Below are positions 1 through 12,699 of a stretch of 64,000 bases of DNA, one piece after another. The DNA comes from the human T2T-CHM13v2.0 reference genome, Homo sapiens. Position numbers and translations under genes: made by a program. The first letter of the stretch is position 1. Every line of letters starts with the position of its first letter. The stretch lies in NCBI RefSeq assembly GCF_009914755.1, contig NC_060933.1. One strand, given 5' to 3'. The notes beneath the pieces were generated by a model. It did no database searches. It had not been told where the DNA came from and saw only the letters and a program-made list of their open reading frames with translations.

Positions 1-599
1 CTAGGGATGGCAGGAGGTGGTAATTCAGCATTGTTTGTTTTTTCCTCTTACCTATTGAGTGTGCATTTCCTGTGTAAGATCTCACTCACTCTGAAGAACT
101 GTTCTTAGTTTCATTTTCAGAGCTAGGGTATTAGACTTTGAAGAATCAAAGCTATATAGAAACCTCACAAAGTCAGATAATTAAATATGTCTGTCTCCTT
201 GGTGATCTTGGCCAGGATTTTCTGCAGTAAATATTGCCACTATATTCTCATGTGCAAGCAGAAAGGACCACTGAAACTATATGGCCTTACGATGAATAAC
301 ATTGGAAAGCACCAGGGTATTTGCTTCATTTTGTCAACCTATCCAAATAGACACGTTCTCTTTATTGTGCCCTCTGCCATAAAGTCAGTCAGTACTTCGC
401 AGGTGTCCCATGAACGTGTTAACAGAGAACTTCATGAGTGTGTCTGTTTTATACACAATATGCAAAGCTGAGAAACATGTTACTAATATAAAACTGAGGG
501 AGTAAAAGAAAAACCATTCAATTGGGCTATTCTGCTTACTTATGACAAAAAGGAATTCATTTACACAGCTGGATATATAAAAATACCTGCATTCCCCAT

Positions 600-740
600 A
601 TTTTTATTTTTGAGCAGGAGTCTATGGAAACCTATGTCCTGAAGTTCTGGTGTATTTTCTGGAATTATTGCAATTAATGATTTTCAACCTTCTGTTCCCT
701 TTTTCTTTTACTCATTCTGTCTCTTTGAGTTCTGGGAAAT
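600..740 (-). mobile_element. Old LINE (HAL1/L1ME ORF1-like) fragment
   Basis: Similar to 1604-1704 within the HAL1-like element downstream (19-bp exact core attttctggaattattgca). Confidence 0.45.
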
Positions 741-890
741 TCAGGAACCATATATGCTTCATTTTTACTAAAGTTATACATGCACAGAGTTGAGAGTCAT
801 CTATTCCCGCAAGATTTGGTGTAAAAATTACAAGCCTCAATGCCCCATTCCTCTTTCCACAGAGGCAACCAGAGGATTAGACTGGTTCTT

Positions 891-1105
891 TCTGGTAGTT
901 GGTCTTTGAAGATGGCTTCCAAGGAACCGTAGCTCCCAGTGTTCATACTCTTGTGACATCTCCTCTCATGCAGAATCTGGGCTGGCCTGGTGGCTGGCTG
1001 TAGCCAATAGAATGCAGCAGGGTGACATGACGGCAGTTCCAGGCAGAAGCCTTAGCAAGGTCTGCCAGCTCTTGCTTTTGCCTCCTAAGCTCCTGGGGGC
1101 AGAAC
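891..1105 (+). mobile_element. MaLR LTR fragment (MLT1F/G/H-like)
   Basis: aagatggc...gaatctgggctggcc...gccaatagaatgcagcag...gttccaggc...ccagctcttgcttttg motif order typical of the MLT1 5' half. Confidence 0.6.
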
Positions 1106-1129
1106 TATCACCTTGGGTCTCCCTTCTTC

Positions 1130-2600
1130 ACGATCCAGGGAATTTCCAACTCCTCTGTTTTGTGTGGAAGCTCCTATTTCTTGTGTTTTGTGTTCTGTAT
1201 TTGTTTATTATTTTTTGGTTTCCTCTTTCATTTTGGTAGAGCACATCCTCCAGTAGTTTCTGAAGAAAAACATCTGCAGAAAGTGGTTTTTCCAGGCACC
1301 TAATGCCTGCCAATATCTTTATTTTACCATCACAAGTGATCAGTAGATTAGATATAGGCCTAGATTGAAAATACATGTCTTCAGAATTTTTAAGGCATTG
1401 CAAAGTTGTATAATAGCTTTCTGCATTGTTGTTTGGAAGTCCAAAGCATTCTAGCTCCTAGTTCTTTGCATGTGGCCCACTTTTTCTCTTTAGAAGCTCT
1501 CACTTTCTCTCTTTTCCCCTGTTCTCTTGCTCCTGTGTTCCTCTATATTATGATAGTATGACTTGGTATAGGATTATTTTCACTCAGTAGTTTCTTACAA
1601 CCTGAAAATGTATGTTCTGGAGTTCTGGGACATTTTCTGGAATTATTGCATTGTTTTTTTATCCACCATTCTCTCTTTTATTCTTCCTGTCTCTACTTTC
1701 TGGAAGAGTATTTCAATTTTATGTTTTAATTATTCCCTTAATTTTGTATTAATGCTATCCTATTTTTAATCCCCCAAAACTCTTTCTAGTTCTTAAAACA
1801 ATTGAGTGTTTTATAGGATGTTGTTCTTTTTTTAATGGTTAAAACATTTTCTTTGATTTCTCTGAGGCTATTAAAGACAGTATTGGTGAATTTCCTTCTC
1901 CCTACATAGCTCTGTTTGCTCCACACTGCATCTCGCTGTTTATCTCTCTCTCTCTCTTCTGTGTTAGAGGTCTTTCCTATGTGTTTGGCAATCCTTGGTT
2001 AACTGTTCATATTTAAGAGTGGGCATAAGAGTGCTGACTGGAAGCCCCCGAGAACATAAGTGGAAATGATCAACTGTGAACTTAATGGTTAGATAAACTG
2101 GTTGGGCTTCTTATCTGGGAAATCTTTTGTGTGAGTGTCTTTAGGTCTTATTTCTTGGGAAGATCAAAATTTACAGAAAAGGCTCCTTCCAGTCTTTTGC
2201 CTGGAGGATAAAGACCAAGCTGCCAGCACACTGGGAACCAAGTTGGGGAAGAGGGCTGAGGTCTCAGCATCTAATATGCATTAATTGATTTCATCTCCTT
2301 CCCCTTGCATGGCCCTCTTTCAGTGTTGTGGCCCAGGTCTCACTTTGTACCTGGTTCCCCTAGACCAGAAAATCTGTTTTACTCTCACTAGAGAATAAAT
2401 ATTTACCTTTTGATTGGAGTGTGCTTTGCAGAGTAGAGGAGAGGATATGGCATTCTGTCTGCTTCTTAAAAAATACAATAAATCTTTTATATTTTCTCTC
2501 TCTTCACTCTCCCTTTTTGTTTCTGGATGCCCCAATTCCTGGGCCTTTTGAGCATTTTAAAATGTAAGTCAGTTTGATATCAGCTTAATATTCAGGTTTG
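1130..2600 (-). mobile_element. HAL1/L1ME-like element, decayed ORF1 and 5' region
   Basis: Minus ORF 1128-1403 (…LLITCDGKIKILAGIRCLEK…FLQKLLEDVLYQNE) resembles the L1/HAL1 ORF1p C-terminus; plus strand is T-rich. Confidence 0.6.
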
Positions 2601-2644
2601 TTTTCTGGTCTGCTGTTCTCCATTCTTATCTGCTTCTCATCTTC

Positions 2645-2800
2645 CATGTTAGAAATGCCACACATCACTTCTGATCACATCCCATTGGTTGAAGCACACT
2701 CACATGGCCCCAACTTCTCTGCAAAGGAGGCTGGGATAGTTAGTCTTCCAGTGTATAATAAGAGAAACCAGTGTGGTGAGCATGAAATATGGTTTCTGCC
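2645..2800 (-). mobile_element. MaLR LTR fragment (MLT1J/K-like)
   Basis: cacatcacttctg…cacatcccattgg…cacatggcc…ctgcaaaggaggctggga…tagtct…ggtgagca…tctgcc. Confidence 0.55.
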
Positions 2801-3009
2801 CTAATCCTTTTAATATAAAACTGGTCATGCTTGTTTGGAGGGGTCCAGAAGAGAATGATAGTAGATTCTTGTGTTTAGTGGACTATATTTATCTGGTACT
2901 TTGTCTGTATTATTTCATGCATCAAGAAAAGTTTAGTCATCATTGACTGTCCCAAACATGTCAAACATGGGGGTGGTCCTTAACAGTCGATCATGGCCAT
3001 CGATGCTCA

Positions 3010-3200
3010 GAATGCAGAGCAAGTGTTCTGGACTCAGACAAACTGGGTTCACGTATAGATTCCATGAACTTCTAGCATGTGACCTTGGCCAAGATACTTA
3101 GCCTCTCCATACCTCAGTTTCCTCAATTGTAAGATGGATGATACTGCTAGTACCTGCCCCATTGTGGTACTTGTGAGGATTAAAGTAGTTAATATTTAGA
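3010..3200 (+). mobile_element. MIR SINE
   Basis: Core tgtgaccttggccaag…cctcagtttcctcaattgtaagatgg…gtgaggattaaa. Confidence 0.8.
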
Positions 3201-3216
3201 AACATAGTAACTTCTG

Positions 3217-3545
<329 letters not shown>

Positions 3546-4537
3546 CTATGTTAGTTGTTATTGTTGTATGTTAGATTTACTGTTATATCTATTTTTTCAT
3601 GCTTAGCCAGGAGGAACATACTTTTATTATTAATGTAAGCTACTTATTTCAGAATTGTGCTGCTATCAATTTCTGTGATTATGTAATGCAGACTAGGCAG
3701 CAACTGATTTAATGAATGAAGCTGATTCATTGCCCTGAAGCAAGCCAAGAAAGAAAAGTATGATTCCATAGCCCTGCTGGGAAGTCGGCAGTGATGAGTT
3801 CCTCACAAGCCAAGAGGAGCTCAGAAGCGTTGGGATGGCAATTAGCTTACTGTGCAGATCACTAAACACAATGAGCTCTGATTCTGTGCCAGTTCTGAGG
3901 CACGAGAAAGTCACAGAGCACAAGGATGCCCAGCTTCTGTGTAACTAGGGGCTGGGGGTGACCACAGCTGCCATCAGAACTGGCTGCATGGCGCAGGGGA
4001 AAAAATAATTGACCTGGGTGTCTGAAGACCTGGATTCCAGTTCTTCCTTCAAACATCAGCAGACACCTCTCAGTTCCCTAAATGCGTATAACTCTATTCA
4101 GCTTTCGGATTTCACAGTGAGACAATATTATGGATATGGTCATAATCCCGAAAAATCTTCTAGGAATGTCCTAAGACTTGAGACTGGGGAACCCTGGTGT
4201 TCTTGGTCTTTGCAAGGACTTAAGTCTACATGTTACAGCTTTTCTCCTGGTTATGACCCTGAAACAAAGAACACCATGCTGTCATCTTCTGAGGAGAGAT
4301 GGGAGTCCAGGCCCCATTCTCTCACTTACTACCTATATTAAAGAAGCTGAAGAAAGCTGAAGAAACCACTCTCTCCTGTGAAATGCCATTGGAACTCTGC
4401 TTAGGAAGAGGACTAACTTTGCAAAAATATCCTGCAAACCTGCTTATAATAGATGAACCTTGAGGGCAGGGGTCAAAATATCAGAGGACAGGGATGAACT
4501 AGAACTACTCTGTCTGAAAAGAGAAGAGGTGGTTTCA

Positions 4538-4867
4538 TTTTTCTTTTTCTTTTCTTTTCTTTCTTTCTTTCTTTCTTTTCTTTTTTTTTTTTTGAGACAG
4601 CATCTCCCTTTGTTGCCCAAGCTGGAATGCAGTGGTGTGATCACTGTGGGCTCAACCTCTTGGGCTCAAGCGATCCTTTCACGTCAGCCTCCTGAGTAGC
4701 CGGGACTACAGGTATGCACCACTATGCCTGGATATTTAAAAAAATTTTTGTAGACATGGCATATCACCATGTTTCCCAGGCTGGTCTCAAAATGCTTGGC
4801 TCAAGCTATCTTCCTGCTTTGGCCTCCCAAAGTGCTAAGATTACAGGTGTGAGCCACTGTGCCAGCC
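4538..4867 (-). mobile_element. AluJ with (TTTC)n tail
   Basis: Dimeric Alu, J-type ctgggctcaagcgatcct, heavily diverged. Confidence 0.9.
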
Positions 4868-4990
4868 TGTTTAACTCTTAAGGGGAGGTGACTAATGGGA
4901 GAAGGAGTGGTGGTGGTGGTGGGGTGTGAGATAGTATGATACTGCGAAAGTCACAGGTGAAATTTCTCTGGAAATTTCTGTTGGAAGATG

Positions 4991-5121
4991 GGGTTTGATC
5001 ATACCTACCAGTTTGCCTGGACATTCTGATTCATTCCAGGTGTTCTGGCATAATTATTAATACTGCCAACTTTCATGCCGAAGAAAGTGCCAGTTTGGAG
5101 GTAAATTATCTGGTAACCATT
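4991..5121 (+). mobile_element. MER94 (hAT-Blackjack MITE)
   Basis: gtttgcctggaca…ggcataattattaata…aaagtgccagtttgga…taaattatctggtaacc; reverse-complement similar to 52056-52184. Confidence 0.7.
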
Positions 5122-5659
5122 CCGCAGGGTTGTGAAAATTAATGATAAAACTTGTATAAACATGCTCTGTGAATTATAAAGCACTGTACAAATAAAAGGA
5201 ATTAAGGGACTTAAGTTCTTTTATTGAATTCTCCTGTTAGAGACAAACAAATATGTCTAAAATTGTTATCTACTTTGGTCTGTTATTGGACTGAGATCTG
5301 TTTGGATTTCCATGAAAATAAACCTGCAAGAAAATTAATTTTATTTTAAGGTAGCTTAGCATGTGCTTAACCACTTTCTAGATTCAATTCCTTTCAGTGG
5401 TCTGTTCTGGATTCTCACATGTATGCTAGAGGTTTTCTGCTGTTTTTGTTTTTTTCAAATTTATGAGTCCTTTCAAATTTGGCATTTTACAGTTTTGATG
5501 GATTTTGAATATGGGGGATATCCTAATGCCCTAGGAATTTTTAGAACCCGTTTCAGAAGGGAAAGAGTATAAAACAATTATGTGTTAAGTATTTACCATA
5601 AAGAAGGCAGAGTAGAGTGTCCGCCCTTAAAGAGCTAGCAATAACCATGTCATGTGTCC

Positions 5660-6095
5660 CTTATATCAAACCATATGGGAGAGGTTTAATTGATTTCCCT
5701 TTTCACATGGAAGGGAATTGAGGCACACAGAGGTTAGATAACTTGGTTTACTGGCTACAGCCAGTAAAGAATTAGGATTTAAGGACATCTAATCTGAGCC
5801 AAAACCTGTTGATCATCCATTCAGAAGTTACAAATATATACTGAATTCCGACTCTATGCCAGGCACTGTGTATATGAGTACACTGTGGTAAGTAAAACAG
5901 GTGTGGTCCTTATTTCTAGTTTGGTGTCATCATTATCAATCAGGCCATCATCTATTAAATAGATATCCCAGATGTTTTGTTAAGTGCTTTGCTTGCATTA
6001 TCAATTAAAATTGTTACAACTGTGTATTATTATTATTATTTCTATCTTATAGATGGGGAGACTGTGGCTCAATGAGGTCAAACAATTTGCAGTCA
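5660..6095 (-). mobile_element. Cluster of MIR and L2 3'-end fragments
   Basis: gaattgaggcacacagaggttag (MIR); actctatgccaggcactgtg (L2); atagatggggagactgtggctca (MIR). Confidence 0.65.
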
Positions 6096-6596
6096 GGGAG
6101 TAGGGATGCTTTGAATATGGCCATCATCTCACTGGCTCACTGTGGTAAGTACCACATGCAGGGACTGTGGGTAGGAGTGGGAGCTGGGCTGAGAGGAGCC
6201 TAGTGGGGAAAGCCTGGAGCAACCTGACCCTTATGGAATCATTTTTAAAATAAGGAATAGACTTTGGTCTTGGAAAAAAAGTGTTAAAAATGTAATCTCT
6301 TCACAAATTCTTGTCAAAAATAATGAAGTACAAAACCATTAAAATTAAAAAAGGTAACAGTGATTATTATAATAAATAAACATTATATGGTAAGTAATGG
6401 TAGGTAATAAGTGATATATTTAGGTTTACTTGAAGTAAACTTTATGAGTATGACTTGAGAGAATGTCTGAACCCTGATTAGTATTCACTTGACCTAGTTC
6501 CAGTTTTTATCTGCTGAATGAAGAATGTATCCCTGGAACATAGATTTATAGGTGCTTGCATTTGAGGCAAATTTGACATACTTTGCCCCTCAGTAG

Positions 6597-6873
6597 TTTT
6601 ATTTATTTATTCATTTTTGAGACAGAGTCTCACTCTGTTGCCCAGGCTGGAGTGCAGTGGCATGATCTCAGCTCATTGCATCCTCCGTTACCCACTTCAA
6701 GCGTTTCTCCTGCCTCAGCCTCCCCAGTAGCTGGGATTACAGGCATGTGCCACCATGTCCAGCTAATTTTTTTTTTTTTTTTTTTTAAGTAGAGACAGGG
6801 TTTCACCATGTTGGCCAGGCTGGTCTTGAACTCCTGACCTCAAATGATCTGCCTGCCTCGGCCTCCCAAAAGT
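6597..6873 (-). mobile_element. AluS (Sx/Sz-like), 5'-truncated
   Basis: Dimeric Alu ending at ctcggcctcccaaaagt; expanded T linker. Confidence 0.92.
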
Positions 6874-6891
6874 ACTCCTTTTAATATAATT

Positions 6892-7420
6892 GTAGAGATG
6901 TGTATTTCTTTTAGTTGCTTTTAGTCTTACCAGCATCCTTTCTTTCCCCCTCTCCTGGTTTTAGAACCTCTGTTTTCTTTGGGAACCAAAAACCCTGGCA
7001 TGAATACAGCTAACCCCATCTCTCATTCCACAGTCATAGGGATTCTCTCAATTCCCCTGCCACAGTGATGAATTCAGGGATGGGCATGGATCCAAGATGA
7101 GCAAATTCAAGTACTCCCGGGACCTTTCTGTTGCAGTTATCAGGAAAGATGTTTCCTTCTGATTGGGGTTTTCTCAGTTAGCTGGGCATGAGTCTGGTAC
7201 TGCTCATGATCGCTCTGTCTAACCTATGTACAGATTAGTGTCCAAGAGATACAGGACAGACTCTGATGACATCATTTGAGCCCTGGATGCCACTTTGCCT
7301 GAATTCAGTTTATCTTTAGACTTTGGTCATGTGAACTTACAAATCTGTTTTATTTGTTTTTGCTGGAGCTTCTTCAAATTGTGTTTCTGTTACTTGTAAC
7401 TAAAACAATTCCCAGTTTCA
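6892..7420 (+). mobile_element. MaLR solo LTR (MLT1K/J-like)
   Basis: gccacagtgat…ttcagggatgggcatg; gatgacatcatttgagccctggat…gcctgaa; tttctgttacttgtaactaaaa 3' end. Confidence 0.7.
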
Positions 7421-7544
7421 GCAATATTCCACTGATGCTCTAACAATTTAAAAATAAAACAAGTATGAGATCACCCTTATTCTTGCCATTATATTAGATA
7501 AAACTGTGGGCATCCTAGTTTCTTCACTAAAATATTGGTTTTCT

Positions 7545-7681
7545 TTTTTTTTTCCATTTCTTCCTTAAGTTCTGGTGCATTCAGGGTGGTACTCGTGTCT
7601 GAATAATTACTAGTTGTACTTTTGTAGGGGGAGTGATGCCAGGAGGACTTCTGTTCCGCCATCTTGCTGATGTTACTCTCC
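7545..7681 (-). mobile_element. Isolated 5' end of an old L1 (L1M) with YY1 motif
   Basis: Minus strand reads gagagtaacatcagcaagatggcggaacag, a typical L1M 5' terminus. Confidence 0.6.
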
Positions 7682-7869
7682 CTCACTAAAACATTGTGTG
7701 TGCAACTAGGGTCATCTGGGCAGCTGGTAAGTGTGCCGAGAATTTTAGGAAGTAGACATCCAGATCTGTTAATTAGTCGAGATCCCCCAGAGGCACAGGT
7801 GCAAACACCTGTGCACCTGTGGCTTTGTAAAGCCAGGGAATCTTGTATCTTCCAAAGCCTAATGTATGC

Positions 7870-8005
7870 AATGTAAAGAAAAGTGGGTAGAAGTGAAGAG
7901 ACATGGGTTTAAGCTTTGGCTCTGCCACTAACTTGACAAACTATCTTGAGTATCTTTCACACTCTTTGGTTTCAATTTCCTAGTCTGTAAAATGCATGGA
8001 GTAGC
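7870..8005 (+). mobile_element. MIR SINE
   Basis: ggctctgccactaact…caatttcctagtctgtaaaatg. Confidence 0.7.
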
Positions 8006-8487
8006 AAGGGGGAAAGTGGATATTTGGCTTCCAGGTGGTTTTGGGATGAGGTAGTAATAAGAGGCACATGGAAGACACTGGCTTTGGGGGTTCCATCCTG
8101 GACTCCAACTTCTGATGACCAATTTTTGCTTCATAACATCAAAGTTAATGATTTGAATAAAGGGGTAAAATGGACCACCAAGAAACAAGTGCATTTGAGG
8201 AAGCTTGATCTGCAAGTCAGAAGACACAAGGAAGCTAAAAGTGGCCTAAAGCAGAGAATGGCTTAATAAATACTTTTGGAAAGACTCAACACTATAAACC
8301 TTACCTGGTGTGTTTAGTCCCTAACTAAAACACTTTGCTATCCACCTACAGTTTACCAACCCACACAGTAATGTCCTAGGCACTTTTATGTCTAAAATAG
8401 ATGGAAAATGTCTCACATTTTGACTTTGTAGATTGCTTTTGCACAAAATTTCATCTACCTTCATTTGTTCACTATTTAAGAGCCATA

Positions 8488-8814
<327 letters not shown>

Positions 8815-9175
8815 TTATAGTAACTTTGTATCTCATAAAAATGTCAACAAGTATGTCTCTCTTATTGGCCTTATGAGGGATATATAAACAGTATAAGGTT
8901 AAGAAAATAATAACATTAAAAAGAAAGCAATCATCCATGTGGTATATTAAACTGTCTGCCCACAGGAAAGAGGGGCAGCAAGTCTTGTACACATAATTAG
9001 AAATATTTTTTATTATCAAAGTTAGGCCATAATACATTCAATAAAATACATTCATGAATCATGAGGGGTTAAGCAAGGTAACTTCTCAGTAAACACTCTG
9101 GGATAAGTTAGTTGTTTATGAGAGCTACCTGATGCATGGAATTATTGGACATAAACTACTTCAAAACATATGCCA

Positions 9176-9262
9176 AAGTTTTACTAAGTTAACTAGGATT
9201 TAACTAGGTTTTACTAAGTTACTAGTTAACTAGGATTTACCAAGTTAACTAGGATTTAAGTT
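9176..9262. repeat. Imperfect short tandem repeat of aagttaactaggattt units
   Basis: agttaactaggattt occurs 3 times and ttttactaagtt twice. Confidence 0.85.
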
Positions 9263-9406
9263 ATTTTTTAAAATGAGATGAGTTAGGCAGCAAGGCCAAT
9301 TGCTTATTGATGTTAGTGAAGGTTGGTGATAGTAACTCTGCATTTTCTAGTTAATAGAGTTGGGAGACATGCATTCAGAAGTCATTTCAAAACATTATAT
9401 ATATAA

Positions 9407-9708
9407 TTTTTTTTGAGAGAGAGATAGGGTCTTGCTCTGTTGCCCAGCCTGGAGTGCAATGGTGCAATCATGGCTTACTGCAGCCTTGACCTCCTGGGCT
9501 CAAGCAATCCTCTCACCTCAAACTCCCAAGTAGCTGGGACTACATGCATATGCCACTATTCAGGCTATTTTTTTTTTTTTTTTTTTTTTTTTAGAGACAA
9601 GGTCTCACAATGTTGCCCAGGCTGATCTTGAACTCCCAGGCTCAAGCAGTCCTCCTGTCTTGGCCTCTCAAAGTGCTGGGATTACATGCATGAGCCATTG
9701 CACCCAGC
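9407..9708 (-). mobile_element. AluJ
   Basis: Dimeric Alu with J diagnostics (cagccttgacctcctgggctcaagcaatcc). Confidence 0.92.
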
Positions 9709-9934
9709 ATATATATGAAATTTTTAAAAAATTTATCTACCTTTAAGTTTAGGTTTTCTTTTTTCCCCTAAAGATACAATTGTACAATTGTAATGGAAGA
9801 TGGGTCAGAACATAGAGATTCTCATTATTTTGTGTTATGTAATCTAATCAACAGTATGCTTTCCTAAAACTTTTCTAAAGTCATATAAAACATACTGGCT
9901 ATTCTTTTTGCATTTCAATTTCAATTTCATTTCA

Positions 9935-10320
<386 letters not shown>

Positions 10321-10819
10321 TAATTAAGTAGTTGATTAATTATTGATAGCATTAATTTTGTCTGAAGATCAGAAACACATAAAATAAAATGATAGGAACT
10401 ATATAATTATCTCTGAAATAATTGTATGAGTTCATATGAAAATTTGATTTCATACAGTTTTTTTAGTTCCACATTCATATATCTCTTGCTTAAATACCCC
10501 AGTGATATTTCTGGTCATTTCTAAGATCAACAGTGATCAGCTATTATTCATAGCTATGTGATTTCTATAGATACTTTGTATAGATATTACCTTTGCCTGT
10601 CATAGTCCTTTGAATATATATATGTGTTTGACCTTTAAAGTTAATTCCAAAGATCGCTATCTCCTTTTTTGTCTTTTTGACATGAAAGAATTGTGGAGGT
10701 TTTTGATTACAATATGTCTCCTGCTCAGATTAACAATATGTGATATCATTCTTATTTATCTCTTAACATTTTTAAAAAAGCCTAAAGCCCATACTTTATT
10801 CACATTTTCTTAGTTTTTA

Positions 10820-10935
10820 ACTTAATACCCTTTATTTTCTGCTCCAGGAACCCATTCAAGAAACCACATTGTTCCTGCTGTGACAATTTCTCAGGCTTCC
10901 CTTGTTTTTGATGACCTTGACATTTATGAGGAGAA
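10820..10935 (-). mobile_element. Old L1 (L1MB/MC-like) 3' UTR fragment
   Basis: ctccaggaacccattcaagaaaccacattg…ccttgtttttgatgaccttgaca. Confidence 0.55.
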
Positions 10936-11546
10936 ACATATTGTTTTGGCACTCTCTTTTAGCTCTTTTGAAATGCTTTCCAGAAAAGAAAGCAAGCAAT
11001 AAAGGTTACTTTGTCCCTGTGCCTCAGATGGACTTATTTACCAGTGAAGATTAAACCCAAAGAACACAAATTTCTCATTTATGGAGGACAGTGATCATCA
11101 CATATTACTCTTCAGTGCACATGTACGAATGAAACTATACAGTCATGTGGTCTGACTTTATATTGAATCTAAGGCCTATGAGAATAGATGAATGGTGGGG
11201 GTAATTTTATTCACAGAAAGGGTCCAGAGACCACTTACAATAACTTCATTTGCTGTGAATAGATATTTTCTGCGGTTTTGGAGCCTGGAGCAAGAGGTTT
11301 ATGCTGATGTATGAGGGATGCTGACAACATGGGGCTGCTGAGAGAGCAGACTGATAAACACCAAAGAGTTTATTAAGTTAACTTTGGGCTCCTCTCTTGG
11401 AAGTTTTCTCTGGTTGCTGTGATTAAGGCAGGGCCAGCTGAGAGGAGCAGGTGGACAGAGGGGTTAGCGGACCTCCCTAAATTCTTGAGTTATTCTTCTC
11501 AAAGAATCTCACTCTTGAGGTATCTGAGGTCCAGAAATAGAAATGA

Positions 11547-12690
11547 TGTTGGGGCTCAGAAAAATGATTGATAGGCCAAACTTGCCTTAAGGCTAAACTG
11601 AAGGTCCCAGAAGCAGACTCAGAAGCGAAGTTTCTCTTTGATCTTCACCTGCCCTCCTGTCTCTCACCTTTCATTCTCCCCCAAGGCAAGCCATGGAAAC
11701 TGGAAACCGTCTTCCCCAAGGCAGGTCATAGAGACCAGAACCCCATTTTCCCAAAGCCAGTCATAAAGCCTAAAGCTATTACACTAATCCCACCCCCCAC
11801 CCACTTCTCCTGTCCTTCTGTGTCACAGCTGGCCATAACGAAATTAATACCCTTATTCCAGAAGAGATCTATCTCACACCTGGAAGCAAGTAAGGTAGGA
11901 GGCGGGACTTGACTCCAGAGGCAGGGCTCGGACACTGGACCAAAGTGAGAACTAGCTAAAACAGGGCCAGGGTGGAAGCAGCTTTCCATAAGACACGCCC
12001 TCCAGTGTGCCATGTCGGCTTACCATTGCCATGGCAACACCCAGGAGTTACCACCCCTTTCCAAGGCAATGACCCAATGATGCAAAAGTTACCACTCTTT
12101 TCCTAGCAACTTCTGCATAAACCACCCCTTAATCTACATATAATTAAGAGTTGGTATAAATATGACTGCAAAACTGTCCTGAGCTGCTAATCTAAGCACA
12201 CTGCCTATTGGGTAGCCCCACTCTGCAGGAGCAGTAACAGAGCTGTAACGGTGCCAGAGCTATAACACTCCTTCAGTAAAGCTGGCTCATCCTTGAATTC
12301 TTTCCTGGGCAAAGCCAAGAACCCTCATGGCCTAAGTCCCACCTTGGGGCTTGCTTGTCCTGCATCAGCAGGAATGCTACACAGAGAGGCCAAGAAGCAT
12401 CTGATAAGACAGGCCTTGCTGGGTTTCCCCTCTCAGTGTGTTAGCATTCCATCAGACTCTTTCTGTGTAATCATATTTCTACAGAGCTGTTCATACTTCA
12501 CTGAGCCTAAGCATAAAAATGAAAAGTTTTCTGTGTATCTTCAGATCTTCATTCTGAAGGCTGGAATGTCACATAAAAATAAGATCAAACATATTTGTTA
12601 TGCTTTTCTCTTGTTAATATGCCTTTGTTACAGAAGTGTCAGCTATGACCCTTAAGATGGAAAAGGGATCGCCCCCTTTCCACCCCTAAA
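11547..12690 (+). mobile_element. ERV1-class solo LTR (MER39/MER34-like), interrupted by a nested LTR
   Basis: Starts tgttggggctcagaaaa; gcaagccatggaaactggaa…ggtcatagagaccagaacccc; resumes at ggaatgctacacagagaggccaagaag; ends cccctaaa. Confidence 0.8.
11891..12367 (+). mobile_element. MER41-family solo LTR (MER41C/D-like), nested
   Basis: t(a)aggtaggaggcgggacttgactcc…gctaaaacaggg…accattgccatggcaac…gaattctttcctgggcaaagccaagaaccct…ctgcatca; imperfect TSD gcaag/gcagg. Confidence 0.75.
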
Positions 12691-12699
12691 ATAAGGTAG

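Noticed and set aside
9221-9233. Resemblance to the E. coli trp operator core (actagttaactag) or to a CRISPR-like repeat
   Set aside because: Embedded in a primate micro-duplication patch with no spacers and no bacterial context; coincidental.
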